DNA from: Lytechinus pictus
Taxonomy: Eukaryota
DNA length: 64,000 nucleotides
NCBI RefSeq assembly: GCF_037042905.1
Contig: NC_087259.1
Location: 5,828,001-5,892,000, forward strand
Direction of reading: 5' to 3'
A model generated the notes under the pieces. The model was not told the origin of the DNA and did not search any database. It saw only the letters and a list, made by a program, of their open reading frames with translations. The position numbers and the translations under genes were made by a program. Of the stretch, positions 37,530 through 49,324 are shown piece by piece (the first letter of the stretch is position 1; each line of letters starts with the position of its first letter).

Positions 37530-38488
37530 ATTTCTAATAAAATAAAGTCTCGTAAAAAAAGAATATTATAAAAATGAATTTGACAATGCTCGTGGTAATA
37601 TGAATAATACAAATGAAGTAATCAATAATGCATTAGGAAAGGGTCACAAAAATACTATCATAAAACAAATTGTAGTTGATGACACTGAAATAAAAGCAAA
37701 TGAAATGATTACCGATAATTTTAATAATTACTTTGTTCATGTCGGTCTAGATTTAAATCGTAATTTTGATAATGTAAATAATAATGATGCGGCTTCTGTT
37801 GTTGACAACAATATTCAGTCTATATTTTTTAATCCCATAACATCATCTGAACTAATAGATATTTCAAAGCAATTAAAAAAATCCTCTAGCACAGGGCATG
37901 ATGACATCAGTATGAATGTAATAAAAATATGTATCTAATCTATTTGTCAACCATTATGTGCAATATTCAATTCTTGCCTTGACTCGGGCGTATTCCCAGA
38001 TTCAATGAAGTTTGCTAGAGTTATCCTATTTTTAAAGGAGGAAATCCCGAAACATTGTCCAATTACCGTCCCATTTCTATTTTACCCGTTTTGTCTAATT
38101 ATTTGAAAAATGTTTATATAGTCGTATTTTGAATTTTATCAATAAGTGCAATATTTTTACCCATAGTCAATATGGGATTAGAACGGGGCACTCCACATCG
38201 TCAGCATTACTTGATTTTATTCAGAAAGTTACAAATGAAATTGATAACAAGAGCATATTGATGGGTTTATTTCTAGATTTGCGAAAAGCATTTGATACGT
38301 TAGATCATAATATTTTGTTACAAAAACTATATGCATATGGAATAAGAGGAATTTATTTAGACCTATTACAAGATTATCTATCTAATCGTAAACAATATGT
38401 ATTATGGTATAGAATTAAATCAGAATTGAAATCTATAAGATGTGGAGTGCCCCAAGGTTCGATACTTGGACCACAATTAACAGTATAA
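37530..38488 (+). mobile_element. CR1/L2-group LINE RT fragment
   Basis: NYRPISIL, FLDLRKAFDTLDH, GVPQGSILGP; frameshifted. Confidence 0.88.
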
Positions 38489-38557
38489 TGATGCCCTAAC
38501 AACAGGTCATAAACAACACGCACAACAACGCGCAAGAGTGTTTAACTTTGTGCGCAT

Positions 38558-38720
38558 CTGGGGGGCGTTTCATGAAAGGACTTGTCGGACTTTTTATCCG
38601 ACAAGTCCCATTTTATCCGACAGTTACCATGGGAACAGTGTCTCTCAGCCAATCAAAATCATGGAAAGATGTCAGATCTGACAACTTGTCGGATGAAAAT
38701 ATTGATGAAACGCTCCCCAG
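38558..38720. mobile_element. Short MITE
   Basis: CTGGGGGGCGTTTCAT...ATGAAACGCTCCCCAG. Confidence 0.75.
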
Positions 38721-38834
38721 ACCTTTGGAGTGCTATTAAATGTTTCCGGTGACCTCAACAGAGCGCGATATTGCTATATCCATTATATTTAATATATATC
38801 GATGAGTCATAGAAAAACAGAGGAGTATCCTTTG

Positions 38835-39093
38835 TAGAGTACCGAAGCGATGACATCAGTTGCCATGGTGTCATGGCGGCCTGGTTCTTAACAAATGGAC
38901 CCGCCGAATGAAATCGTGTGTTTCTCACAGGAGAAAATGACTGCTATCGGAATTTGATCGCTTGCAACCTATTTTCAGACGAGTCAAAGTCATTTGCAAA
39001 TACTAATGTGTACAGACGATCGTCAGCTGCGACTCTGTTTAGAACCAGCCCGCCATGACACCATGGCAACAGACGTCACATTTCGGTACTTTA
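38835..39093. mobile_element. Palindromic MITE
   Basis: AGTACCGAA...GTTGCCATGGTGTCATGGCGG versus CCGCCATGACACCATGGCAAC...TTCGGTACT. Confidence 0.75.
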
Positions 39094-39289
39094 TACGTGG
39101 ACGTGAGAAGGGAAGTCGTGAAATCCATTTGAATATTCAACCAATGATAACGAGTCTTTTGGATCAGAAGCAGATTAATCACTTGATTCGAAAGATAATC
39201 GGAGGGAGAAAGTTGAAAGAAAAACCTGGAAAGGCTTAGAAATGGTTCGAGTATGAAATTATTGATAATATATTATAAAGGTCCCTCAA

Positions 39290-39490
39290 ATAATGTGTGG
39301 GTGAGAAATAAATAAAAGAAAAGTTTACTTTTTAATTTCCTTCTACAAGAGACATGCACATGTAATGTTCTTACAGGAGACCTTTTTCACGGAAGATCTA
39401 AAGCGCATTGTTACAAGAGACTGGAAAGGTACAAATTTCCATTCGTTTGGAAGCAATTTTAGCAGAGGTGTCCGATTTTTAATTATAAAA
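39290..39490 (+). mobile_element. L1/Tx1-type endonuclease fragment
   Basis: VMFLQETFF...WKGTNFHSFGSNFSRGV resembles the N-terminus of the L1/Tx1 APE. Confidence 0.6.
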
Positions 39491-40071
39491 CCATTAAAAA
39501 ATCTTTCAGAGATTTTAATTTGGGTGCACCCCAGTGTTCCACACTTGGACCTTTATTGTTTCTAATATACTTGAATGGTAGTGTTAATTCTTGTAACGTC
39601 TCATGTATAATGTGTATTGTTTGTGTATTGTGCTTAAAGTACTTTCTTTGTATTGCGCCCCCCCCCCCAAAAAAAAAAATAATAATAAAAAAATAATAAT
39701 AATAATAATAATAAATTAAATTAAATTAACAAAATCTGATTTATAAAGCAATAAATATATCTGTATCTGGATTCCATGTTTATACATCCACACAACTTAT
39801 CCGCAACTAAATTTAATTTAAGTCTTTAAAACTACACTACACGATTTTTTTAATGGAAAGTACAGAAATACTAAGTAAGAATAACACATACAAGTTACCT
39901 TTAATTTGGAACAGTTCTAACACAACGGTAGCTGAGTCTGAAAGGTTAAACAAGACGGTGTCGATAATTATTCTGATGCCGTAGCAAAATGATGACTATT
40001 ACAATTTTATAAGAACGTGATGTGGATACTTGTTAAATCATACTCATTTAAAAACAACGACCGATTAATAT

Positions 40072-40244
40072 GAAGAATTTAGTTGCAAAAGGGGTTAGAT
40101 CTACTTTGGACCATTCCGAGAAAATAATGTTTTTTATTCTCCCATATTGCAATATTCTTATGAGAAACTAAATTTTCATGATATACTGTTTTACCCTATC
40201 ATGTGAACATAAAATTGGGTGTAAAAGAAATCTACCTGTCTTCA

Positions 40245-40306
<62 letters not shown>

Positions 40307-40942
40307 GTTATCATTGTGTATCTAATCCCTTTTGCAAGCAAATTGAAACGAATCCTATCCCTGTTGCATAAAAAAGTGATTTTTCTTTGCCACACTTTTA
40401 TTCACGTTTTAATGTGAATTCAAATTTTCTCTGGTATCACCAAAGCGACTAAAAATCTATAGGTTTTGATACATAAAACAATAACATTTATGAAAAATGG
40501 ACCTAACCCCTTTTGATAAATAAGCTCTTCAGAAGAGTTTGGTTGCAAAAGGGGTTAGATCCACTCGAAGAAAATCGGTTTTTTTATTCTCCCATATTGC
40601 AATATTCTTATGCAAAACTAAATTTTCATGATACCCTACCATGTGAACATAAAATCGGGTATAAAAGAAATATACCTGTCTCCATATTTTGTAATATATT
40701 ATTTTCCAAATAAAAATCTTTGTGGAGCTAACCCCTTTTGCATCCAAACTGAAATGGACCTAACCCCTTTTGAAAAAGGTGATTTTTCTTTGCCATTTTT
40801 GTTCACTTTCTGATGTGAAATTCAACTTTTCTTTGATATCATTTTATAGAGCTCCTGAAAGTTTATACTTTGAGACAAAAAACAAGAATAAATAAAAATT
40901 TGATGAAAAATGGATCTAAGCCCTTTTTCAACTGAGCTCTTC
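40072..40942. mobile_element. Head-to-tail dimer of a MITE flanked by ATAT (Sola1-like target)
   Basis: ATAT|GAAGA...GCTCTTC (40530) A GAAGAG (40532)...GAGCTCTTC|ATAT; TIR core GTTGCAAAAGGGGTTAGATC; copy 1 contains a (TA)n tract. Confidence 0.8.
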
Positions 40943-41469
40943 ATATATAAAACTAGTCATTAGTATACAAACAATGCACGTATTGAGGCGCATGCATGCA
41001 GGGCCAAATAATGAACGACGTGCGAGAAGAGCCAATGGATATACCGCACCGAGGTCCGCAGTACCGAGTGTGGTATATCCATTGGCGAGTCGAGCACTGA
41101 GTTCATTATTTAGCTCCTCTATGAACAAGAATGCCTGTATTGTTTGTTTTATACACCTCACCCATGTTACTGAGTTGCCCCGAATTCTATATTTGATCTG
41201 AATTCTAGATAATTCTAGATAATTACAGAACTCGCACAATCCTGCACTCTGACGTCAGAGTGCAGGATAGTGCATTTTGGATGCAACAGTGCAATTCGCT
41301 GAACATCATGTGATCCGATTTGGACCAATCAGATTACAGAACATTCTTGGGAGTTGTATAATACCAGTCATTAGCACATATTTCGCTTAAATAGTAACCG
41401 GTCATCACGTGCTATATTTCAGGCACTATTTGATAAGGATATACATATCACCATTGTATACTAAATTAT

Positions 41470-41787
41470 CTGGCCCGTATTCTGAAGTCGGGTTTAACCT
41501 AGACCATGGTCTAGCTCTGTGCTAAAATTATGGGAAGCCAAACCTTTCAAAATTTTGTTTACAGTGAATGCTTCTCATGTTAACTGTGCTCTTTACTAAT
41601 TCTTTAATGGTGAAGACACCTGTCATACTTGTCCTTCCCACATGTCCCAGGCAGTTAATAATGTTTTGGGAGTCAAATGAGCTGATACATTGAACCTGTT
41701 ATAGATTTATGTAACAACTGGCTTTTCATAGTTAAACCACAACTTAAAACCAGACTTAAGATTAAACCTGACTTCAGAACACAGGCC
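41470..41787. mobile_element. MITE, CTGGCCCGTATTCTGAAGTC family
   Basis: Same TIRs as 19256-19581, in the opposite orientation. Confidence 0.8.
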
Positions 41788-42321
41788 TTTTGGTTCATGA
41801 CCAGATATCGAAAGTATTACTACTATTTAAGAGCATGTAATCAACCAAATATGATGCATGTAATCAACCAAATGACTGTCTTTCATGAGGTCAGTGGTCA
41901 CAATGAGAGGGGGAGAACGAGAGAGAGAGGGCGGCGACGGTTTTCAGAATTAGATATAATATAAATGCACGATACATGTACGAGGATCTGAGTGAGTGTG
42001 GGTGATGTGCATGGGGGTGCAAATGTAGGAGGGGCGCGGGGTGTGGACGTATGGGTGGGGTGGCTGTTAGTGCCGCAATGTCTGTTAAGCGAGGTACATG
42101 TTTCATCAAGAAATTGATGGAAACAAGCAGCATGCTCTTTTCTCTCTAAAATTTGCGGTTTGCATTTTTTTTTTATAGAACAATCACAATCGGTATAGTA
42201 AAAATTTTGTAAAAATAGATTAATAGATTTTTTTCATTTCTACGGCATTTTACTAAACCAAGTATGATTAAAGCAGACTGTTTATAAAAGAGACAAATAT
42301 TAATTTTTTGCGAGGAAATGC

Positions 42322-42638
42322 ATTCAGTACCAACAGAAAGTTTATTTCCAAGTATTATCCAAATTTTCGACGCAAACCTCGCGTCGCAGGGATACGAAAC
42401 TCACAGCGAGACCCGTATCCCTGTAAAGGTCAAGTTTGTTGAAATTTCAGTGTGATACTTATTGATTTGTTTCTCCTTTATCAATATGTTCAAGCCAGTT
42501 TTTCGTTGGGGTGAACTTGTCCTTAACTTTCGAAACTTTCGTATCTTTCGAAACTTTTCGTATCTGTGAATTTCGTATCCCTGACCAAGACACGAGGTTT
42601 GCGAGGTTTGGAAATAAACTTTCTGTTCGTACTGAATG
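42322..42638. mobile_element. Inverted pair of Penelope-like pseudo-LTR modules (degenerate hammerhead plus AATAAA)
   Basis: 42322-42406 (minus) and about 42565-42638 (plus) match the module at about 45085-45172. Confidence 0.6.
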
Positions 42639-42996
42639 TCTCTTTGTCTCCTTTGTCTTTTCATCTGTATCCAACACGCGGAATGTAATATATATATATA
42701 CGTATATATTGTGTGTGTATGCTTATGGCGAAGGGTGTGTTTTATGTTTGCATCCTATAGCATTGACAAAATCATGCGCATGATCAATACTCTTAAAATG
42801 CGATAAGTTCATAGAGTTTCAAAACATATTACACAATAGTCAAGAATGTAGATCAAACGTTACAGAAGATTTCAAATTTATTTGTTTATTTATGTATTTG
42901 TTGATTAATTAATTAATTTATTTATTTATTTATTCATTTATCTATCTTTTTCAGTTTCATTCAAGCAGGGTAGCCCTTTCATTTCTAAAATTGATT

Positions 42997-43039
<43 letters not shown>

Positions 43040-43041
<2 letters not shown>

Positions 43042-44207
43042 TTAGATGTGTAGATGCCGATGATTGTGCAAAGTGCTCAATGCTATATAAAGCAGAGCAT
43101 ATATTCGTACCTGTTAAACTTCTGCTACCGGCGGTTTCACGCCCGGACTTGAGGCGATCTTCAGGCAGACTGACGTTATTGGCTATTTGTGTGGTGCGGC
43201 GGGTCAATTTGACGCTTCGGTGGTTTCCGGTTTGGTCTCGTTCGGTGTCTGCACTTTGAAATAAGTTCCGACCTTTTGTTTAGTGAGTTTCTGTTTGTTA
43301 TTATGGACACTTTTTCCTCCAGGCAAAGATTGCACAAGCCACTTTTTCTTTGGTTTAAGTTTGACTTTTTTTCGATTTCCCATGTTAGCGTAGATTCGAT
43401 GTTCTTTTCCTTCAGATTCCATGTGTATTTTGAGAGTTGAGTTTCGTTCCGGTATCTTTCATGCTTAAATGATTTGAGGTGGTTTCTGTATCTATCTTTG
43501 AATGTCCCCCCTGCAAGCCCGAAGTAGTGTTTCTCTTCGTTGCCATGTCGGATCGTCGCCTTGTATACCAGAGCCGTCTGCATACAGTTTCCTTGTAATG
43601 GACATTGGTTTTTTTGCCGACAGTTACATTTTGGCTTATTTTCCGCTCGTGGATTTGATTGCTTAATAACTTTTTGGTTGTGGGTTTTTATTATGGTATC
43701 CATGTTTTTCATGCAACTGTAGTTAACCTTTATTGTGTTCTTATTGAATATTTGGTTCAATTTATGTCCCTTGGGGAAGTGTTTCATTATTAGCTTTATG
43801 AATCTCCCTCCTACGTTGGTTTTCACTTCAGAATTGTAAGGTGGGTTAAACCAGGTGACTTTTCTACTTCTATTTCTTCTTTTTCTTCCTTCTTCTACTG
43901 GTCTGATGTATTTGATGGTTTTGTCATACCCGCTTCTTTTCAGGGCGTCGTCGTATGCTGGCGCTGCTTTCTTGAATAGGTCTTCGTTAGAAGACAGTGT
44001 CGAGAGGCGCTTCTCAACGGCCGCAGGTATTTGGTTGAGGATAGGGGGTGGATGGTTAGATGCCCTATGTACGTAGGTCACCGTGTCATTAGGTTTTCTA
44101 TATGGTTGAAAATCGCCTGTGTCTAGGTTGAGGGTGACGTCCAAGTAATCTACGATGTTTTGGTTAGTTTGGATGGTGATGCGTAGGCCGAGATCATTGA
44201 AGACCTT
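43040..44207 (-). mobile_element. 5'-truncated Penelope-like retroelement, Naiad-type (RT thumb and GIY-YIG endonuclease)
   Basis: Open frame with YLDVTL, YRKP, SNHPP, WFNPPY, CNCRQKNQCPLQGNC, LVYK...YFG, CNLCLEEK, LNKRSELISKCRH; (TA)n on both sides. Confidence 0.9.
43121..43169 (-). ncRNA. Type I hammerhead ribozyme in the Penelope pseudo-LTR
   Basis: TCTGC-CTGAAGA-TCGCCTCAAGTCCGGGCGT-GAAAC-CGCCG-GTA-GCAGA: stem I TCTGC/GCAGA, conserved core, GUA cleavage triplet. Confidence 0.8.
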
Positions 44208-44654
44208 TATATATATATATATATACAAACATACAAACAATGAAAAAAATATTTTTGTGACATAACGAGAGTAATTAAAAAAATTACAAAAAAAACGGTA
44301 TCTTAACTAGAGCTTCATTTTACAATTGGTTTTAAAGAATTGTAGAATTTTTTTATTATTAATGGGAACTTTGTTCCAGAGGAACGGACCATATTAATAT
44401 TGACCCAAAAAATAGTTAAGATTTCACTTTGGAGAAATTTTTCATATTTTCGGGGCTGTTTCCTTGAAACATTTGTGAAATCATACACGACTTTCCGAAT
44501 GACTACACTATCCACTATTTCCTCAATGAGTTAAGTTACGGAGACAGAATGGGGTATATAGTGAAAGAAATGGAAATGAGAGAATAATAGGTACGTAGCT
44601 TCACTCAAAGTCCCTCATAGTTGTCATTCATTCTGAATCAAAGGTTGAAAAAAA

Positions 44655-44726
44655 TGCCTCCACCGGGACTTGAACCCGGGTCCCTGGCTCTGAACGCCAA
44701 TGCCTTAACCGCTAGCCCAAGGAGGC
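44655..44726 (-). other. tRNA-like 72-nt cloverleaf inside a repeat (probably a pseudo-tRNA)
   Basis: GCCTCCT...TTGGC GTTCAGA GCCAG...CCGGG TTCAAGT CCCGG TGGAGGCA followed by T7; inverted partial copy at 44905-44947. Confidence 0.6.
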
Positions 44727-45094
44727 GGGCCAGCAGTTCAATTAAACGGCAGGCAAATTTCCAACCTTTTTATTGATTATTTGTCTTTTTGGTGCAGATG
44801 AGTAGATGAACAATGAGTAGCCGCGTGCAAAAGTTGGATCTGAGTGCATGCATTCATCAGAAAGGGAACAATACATTAAAATGAATAGGATAAATGCAGA
44901 CAAATGGCTCAGAGCCAGAAACCCGGGTTCGATTCCCGTCGGAGGCATTTTTTATTCAGACTGGATGACAGCTCTGAGACAACTTGAATGAAGCTACGCA
45001 TCTTTTATTATCTCATTTTCATTTACTTTACTGTTTATTATTTACAAGAGAGTTGCCACAAGTTGTTTGCATCTATATAATTTCAGGGAATTTC

Positions 45095-45139
45095 TTATCT
45101 CTGACGAAGACGCGAGGTTTGCGTCGATAATTTGGATAA
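45095..45139 (+). ncRNA. Minimal hammerhead-like motif (GAAA mutated to GATA in this copy)
   Basis: TTATCT-CTGACGA-A-GACGC GAGGTTT GCGTC-GATA-ATTT-GGATAA; the copy at about 42355-42385 (minus) retains GAAA. Confidence 0.5.
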
Positions 45140-45279
45140 TACTTGGAAATTAACTTTTTGTTGGAACTATAATGATGATGACGATAATAATAATAATAAC
45201 TCTTATTTACCCAGGTTAGCCTCTCTCAGCTGTAAGCTGTCCTTCCAGCGGACCATGCACAACATAAATATGTTATTAT

Positions 45280-45410
45280 TACCCTTCTTCATTCTCATAC
45301 GTCCAGCACCTGAGAAGAAGGCAGAAGGTCCCATTTTTAGTCTTTGGTATGACTCGGCCGGGGACTGAACCCACAATCTACCGTTCATGAGGCGGGCGCT
45401 CTACCAACAC
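45280..45410 (-). mobile_element. tRNA-derived SINE fragment with a Meta-like core
   Basis: TGGTAGAGCG...GGTTCAGTCCCCGGCCGAGTCATACCAAAGACTAAAAATGGG. Confidence 0.7.
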
Positions 45411-45429
45411 TTAACAAACAAACAAAATA

Positions 45430-46070
45430 GGTAATGTAGAGTTGCAAATGCAATTAGACCATTTGGCTATTAGACGAATTGGACATTTGACTAAATGAGA
45501 ATTAGACCAATTATATTAGACCAATTGCAAATTAGACCAAATTATTAGTAGACCAAATGGGTTAAGTCCATGTGTTATTAGACAAACGGAGAATTAGTCC
45601 AAATGTTGAAAGAGCAAGTGGATAAAAACCGAATTTTCCACTGGCTCTGCTGCTGTTCTCTATAGCCTCCCCTTAAGGTAAATTGCCAGTTGGTCTAAAC
45701 CCGATTTGACAAATGGCCCCTTATCTTCATCCTATATACATGGTTAAATTCCATTTCGTCTACAACCAGTTTACCTTTGGTCTAATTGTCATTTTGCCTA
45801 TTTACCATTCCGTCTACCACCACTTGGTCAATTCCTGTAACAGACTAGAAATATTTATTTGGGATTTAGACGAAAAGGCAATTAGACCATTTGGCTATTC
45901 GACGATTCGGCAATTATACCGACCAACTATATTCGACCAAGTCCTATACATTAGACCAAGTGGAAGTTAGACCAAACTGTTACTAGGGCAAATGGGTCTA
46001 GCTCGTATGGTATTATACGATCATAGAGTTTGACTAACTGCTACGGCTAGACCAAATGGATAATAACCAC
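45430..46070. mobile_element. Decayed copies of the TAGACCAA-subrepeat fold-back MITE
   Basis: GGTAAATTGCCAGTT terminus at about 45677 and arrays of TTAGACCAA; same family as 19670-20086. Confidence 0.65.
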
Positions 46071-46179
46071 CCCCCCAAAAAAAAAAAATAATAAAATGAA
46101 AATATAAATAAATAAATAAATGAATAAAATAATAATAATTGAGACCGGTACGTGCAGCACAAATTGTCGCGAGGCGAGA

Positions 46180-47912
46180 ATTTTTTTATTTATTTATATA
46201 TTTTTTTCGTTTATTTCCATTTTCAACAATTACAGTTTGTATTGTACATTTTGACATAAATAACAAAACATATTTAAAGTATCCCTGTACAAAAATTATA
46301 TTCAAGATTATTACATATCTGGGGGCCGTTTCATAAAGCTGTTCGTAAGTTAAGAGCGACTTTAAGAACGACTGGTGAACCTTTCTTACGCGCTTAACTA
46401 TCGTCAATAAATATATAATTTTCCCCCGCATTTTCCACAAGAAAGGATCACCAGTCGTTCTTAAAGTCGCTCTTAACTAACGAACAGCTTTATGAAGCAC
46501 ACACCAGGTTGGAAATGGAGGAGGCTGCTAAAAAGCGGAGCTTGTAGAGTGCAGCCTCCTAATAAATATTCTTGTAGTTGCATAGCATATAAAAATCAAA
46601 ATAACAACTTGAGCATGAACCAGTTAAATTAAAAGGAAATAGGGGAAATTAAAATAGAAAAGGAAATAAGAAAAAGAGAGATTAAAGGTCTCCAAAATCC
46701 AGCCCCAGCACTTACAGACGGACCTCGCTGATCAACAGGAAAACGAAAGAGATGGAAAAGTGTACGTGACATGATAATCATGTTTGATTTTAAAAAAATA
46801 CAAGAGTTTGAGCGATGAAGAGTTAAATTCAATGCTTATCTTGGAGAAATTTTTGAACTTATATTTAAAAGAATAAAGCCTTGGTGATTCTTTGATGTTA
46901 TTATTAATAATTCCCCAGAGTCTAGGGCCTTCAAAAGTAAAAATTGATTTTGCAAGGATGATCCGGGGTAGTGGTAAATGTAATTCATCTGATTGACGTG
47001 TGGGATATTTGTGAAGAGTTTTGTTTTGTTAAATGAAGAATTAAATATGAGTGGTAACATATTATTGTTAAACTGATACATGAATTGACCCAAGTTATAT
47101 TGGTACAGTGTTTTTATTCTTAGAATGTTATTGTTAAAAAACAACTCATCTGTGTGAGATCTCCAGGACAAGTTGAAAATAACACGCAATGCCTTCTTTT
47201 GTAAAAGCAATACTCTATCAATGTAGGTTGAGCGTTTATTTCCCCCAAAAATTGCTCCATAATTTAAATATGGTAAAATTAATGTTGAATAAAGCATTTT
47301 TAAGGAGGAAGTTTGAAGAAAAAACTTAACTTTGTTGATAACACCAATATTGCGTGAAATTGTACGACATATAAAGTCAATGTGTGTTTTCCAAGATAAT
47401 TTGTTGTCTATTATGAGACCTAAAAATGTTGTTGTAGTAACAACTTCAATGTCTTTATTGTCCAATTTAATATTAAATGGCAATTTTTCTAAAGAATTGC
47501 TAAAAAGCATGCAGTTCGTTTTTTGTACATTAATTGACAATTTGTTAGCCCTAATCCATTGTACCAATTTATCCAGTATCAGTGTTGAGTACATTAATTA
47601 AAATATCGGGGTTAGGATGAGAGTAGAGTACATTTGAATCATCTGCAAAAAGGACATAAGAAAACATTTCAGAGGAGTTCTGGATGTCATTTATATAGAT
47701 TATAAATAAAAGAGGGCCCAGGAGGCTGCCTTGGGGAACACCCCAGTTAACATTTTGTAGAGAAGAATGTTGTTCATTTATGCTTACGAATTGTTCACGA
47801 TTTACGAGGTAGTTTCTGAACCACTCCAAGGCCTTCCCACGAACTCCGTAATTTTCAAGTTTGTAGAGCAGTATTTCATGATTTATAGTGTCAAAGGCCT
47901 TGGGGAGGTCCA
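46180..47912 (-). mobile_element. 5'-truncated CR1/L2-group LINE
   Basis: [26 protein letters not shown]; 3' stem-loop AGGAGGCTGCA...GCAGCCTCCT; A-rich tail. Confidence 0.88.
46319..46507. mobile_element. Palindromic MITE inserted in the LINE 3' UTR
   Basis: CTGGGGGCCGTTTCATAAAGCTGTTCG...CGAACAGCTTTATGAAG...CCAG. Confidence 0.85.
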
Positions 47913-48334
47913 GGGGTGACAATTTGTGGCGCAACAGACAGTTATCACAAAATAAGATTGAAACGTGGTTCAGATCTAAAATCGATTAGAAATAAGAAAT
48001 AAATTCGATAATAATTAAGATCTAAAATCAATAACAAAATTGTATTCATTTGAATATAATATTTGCATTCATAAATGAAATTTTATATAGAGCAAGGCAT
48101 GGAGATTCGTGAATAAATATAATGAATAGATATTTAAATAAATAAATCTGTATATCATTAACACTGATACGCGACAGCTGGAACGCCCATGGCATGTCTC
48201 GCCTGCATTTCGCAGTTCAGTATATGAGCAGTATTCGACATTGGAATATCGAACAAGTTCTTTTTTCTTTTACCCTTTGAATAAAAATACATTTATCAAG
48301 ACAATGAAGGGGCAGTGGCATCGGCCTACGAACT

Positions 48335-48792
48335 TATCGCACTTTCACACGGTAAAAAAAAAATCGTAATTTGAATGATTATTCTAGAACAGAACATGAT
48401 TAGAATCACGAACGCTAATCACAATCACGAATTCAAATTCTACTCCGGAGGTGAATTCCAGTTATTTTTTACCCAAATTACGGTACGAATTTCGCGTGTG
48501 AAAGGCTTGACCTCCAAAACGTCTTTTTGGGGGCGGAGCTGGCGTGTCCTTTCAAGCACTTCCGTCACGGAAATTCCGTGACCTCCGTATCACTATCATG
48601 CACTCATCGTAGTTTGTATTTGCGATGCAGTACTTTGATTTACAAGGCACCAAGGACACATACCGACGTCGCTCGAGAATTCGAACCCAAATCAGTTTTC
48701 GAGTGAGCGTGTGAAAGGTCCGATGATTCTAAAGACGAATTGCAATCATCATTACAATGATGATTCAAGATTCACGTGTGAAAAGGCCCTTA
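48335..48792. mobile_element. MITE (CTTTCACACG...CGTGTGAAAAGGCCCT)
   Basis: Inverted CACACG/CGTGTG termini and subrepeats; matches 29282-29462. Confidence 0.65.
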
Positions 48793-49324
48793 GTCATGTT
48801 AATGCTCCTTTTATACAAGCTTCATTGAATATGAAAACAATAAAAGTAATATGTTTCCGAAATTAGAGGAAAGCACATTTCATTGCTAATATATAGAATT
48901 ATAAGTTCATTGATTTCAAGCGAATTTTGACCTTGAACAGGAATGACATTTATTTTATATAATCCATGACACCCAATACAACATCTTACACAAGTTTGAT
49001 CTATGTGATAGATGTATGCCAATGACAAGTTTACACGTTGATTTTCTCCAAAACGGAATGATTGTTGGTGGTTCTTGATAACATGATCTTATGATCTTCA
49101 CGTGAGAAAAAGTACTTTATTTTGGGAGTCAGTTATACGGTCTTGCGCGATGTATTACAAAAGTAACTAAAATGAAATCCGATGAAAGAAATCAAGCATT
49201 CAGAGCGCTCCTGTTTATTGTACCGGAATTGTGTAGCATACTAAAAATAAAGGCGGGCCAATAACTAATCCTTGGGGAACATCCCATTCAAGATCAATCA
49301 AATTAGACAATCTAGAGTCGTTAC

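Noticed and set aside
40945-41365. Possible Crypton-like non-autonomous element with the internal palindrome GCCAATGGATATACC...GGTATATCCATTGGC
   Set aside because: The palindrome is real, but boundaries and class cannot be supported without a repeat library.
43176-44240. Host gene or selenoprotein ORF
   Set aside because: The ORF start comes from the TA microsatellite, the protein is a truncated Penelope RT-EN, and there is no in-frame TGA.
44655-44726. Functional tRNA-Sec or opal suppressor (anticodon position reads TCA)
   Set aside because: It lacks the long variable arm and extended stems of tRNA-Sec, has a weak D stem, a T-T acceptor mismatch and a purine at loop position 32, and lies in a repeat.
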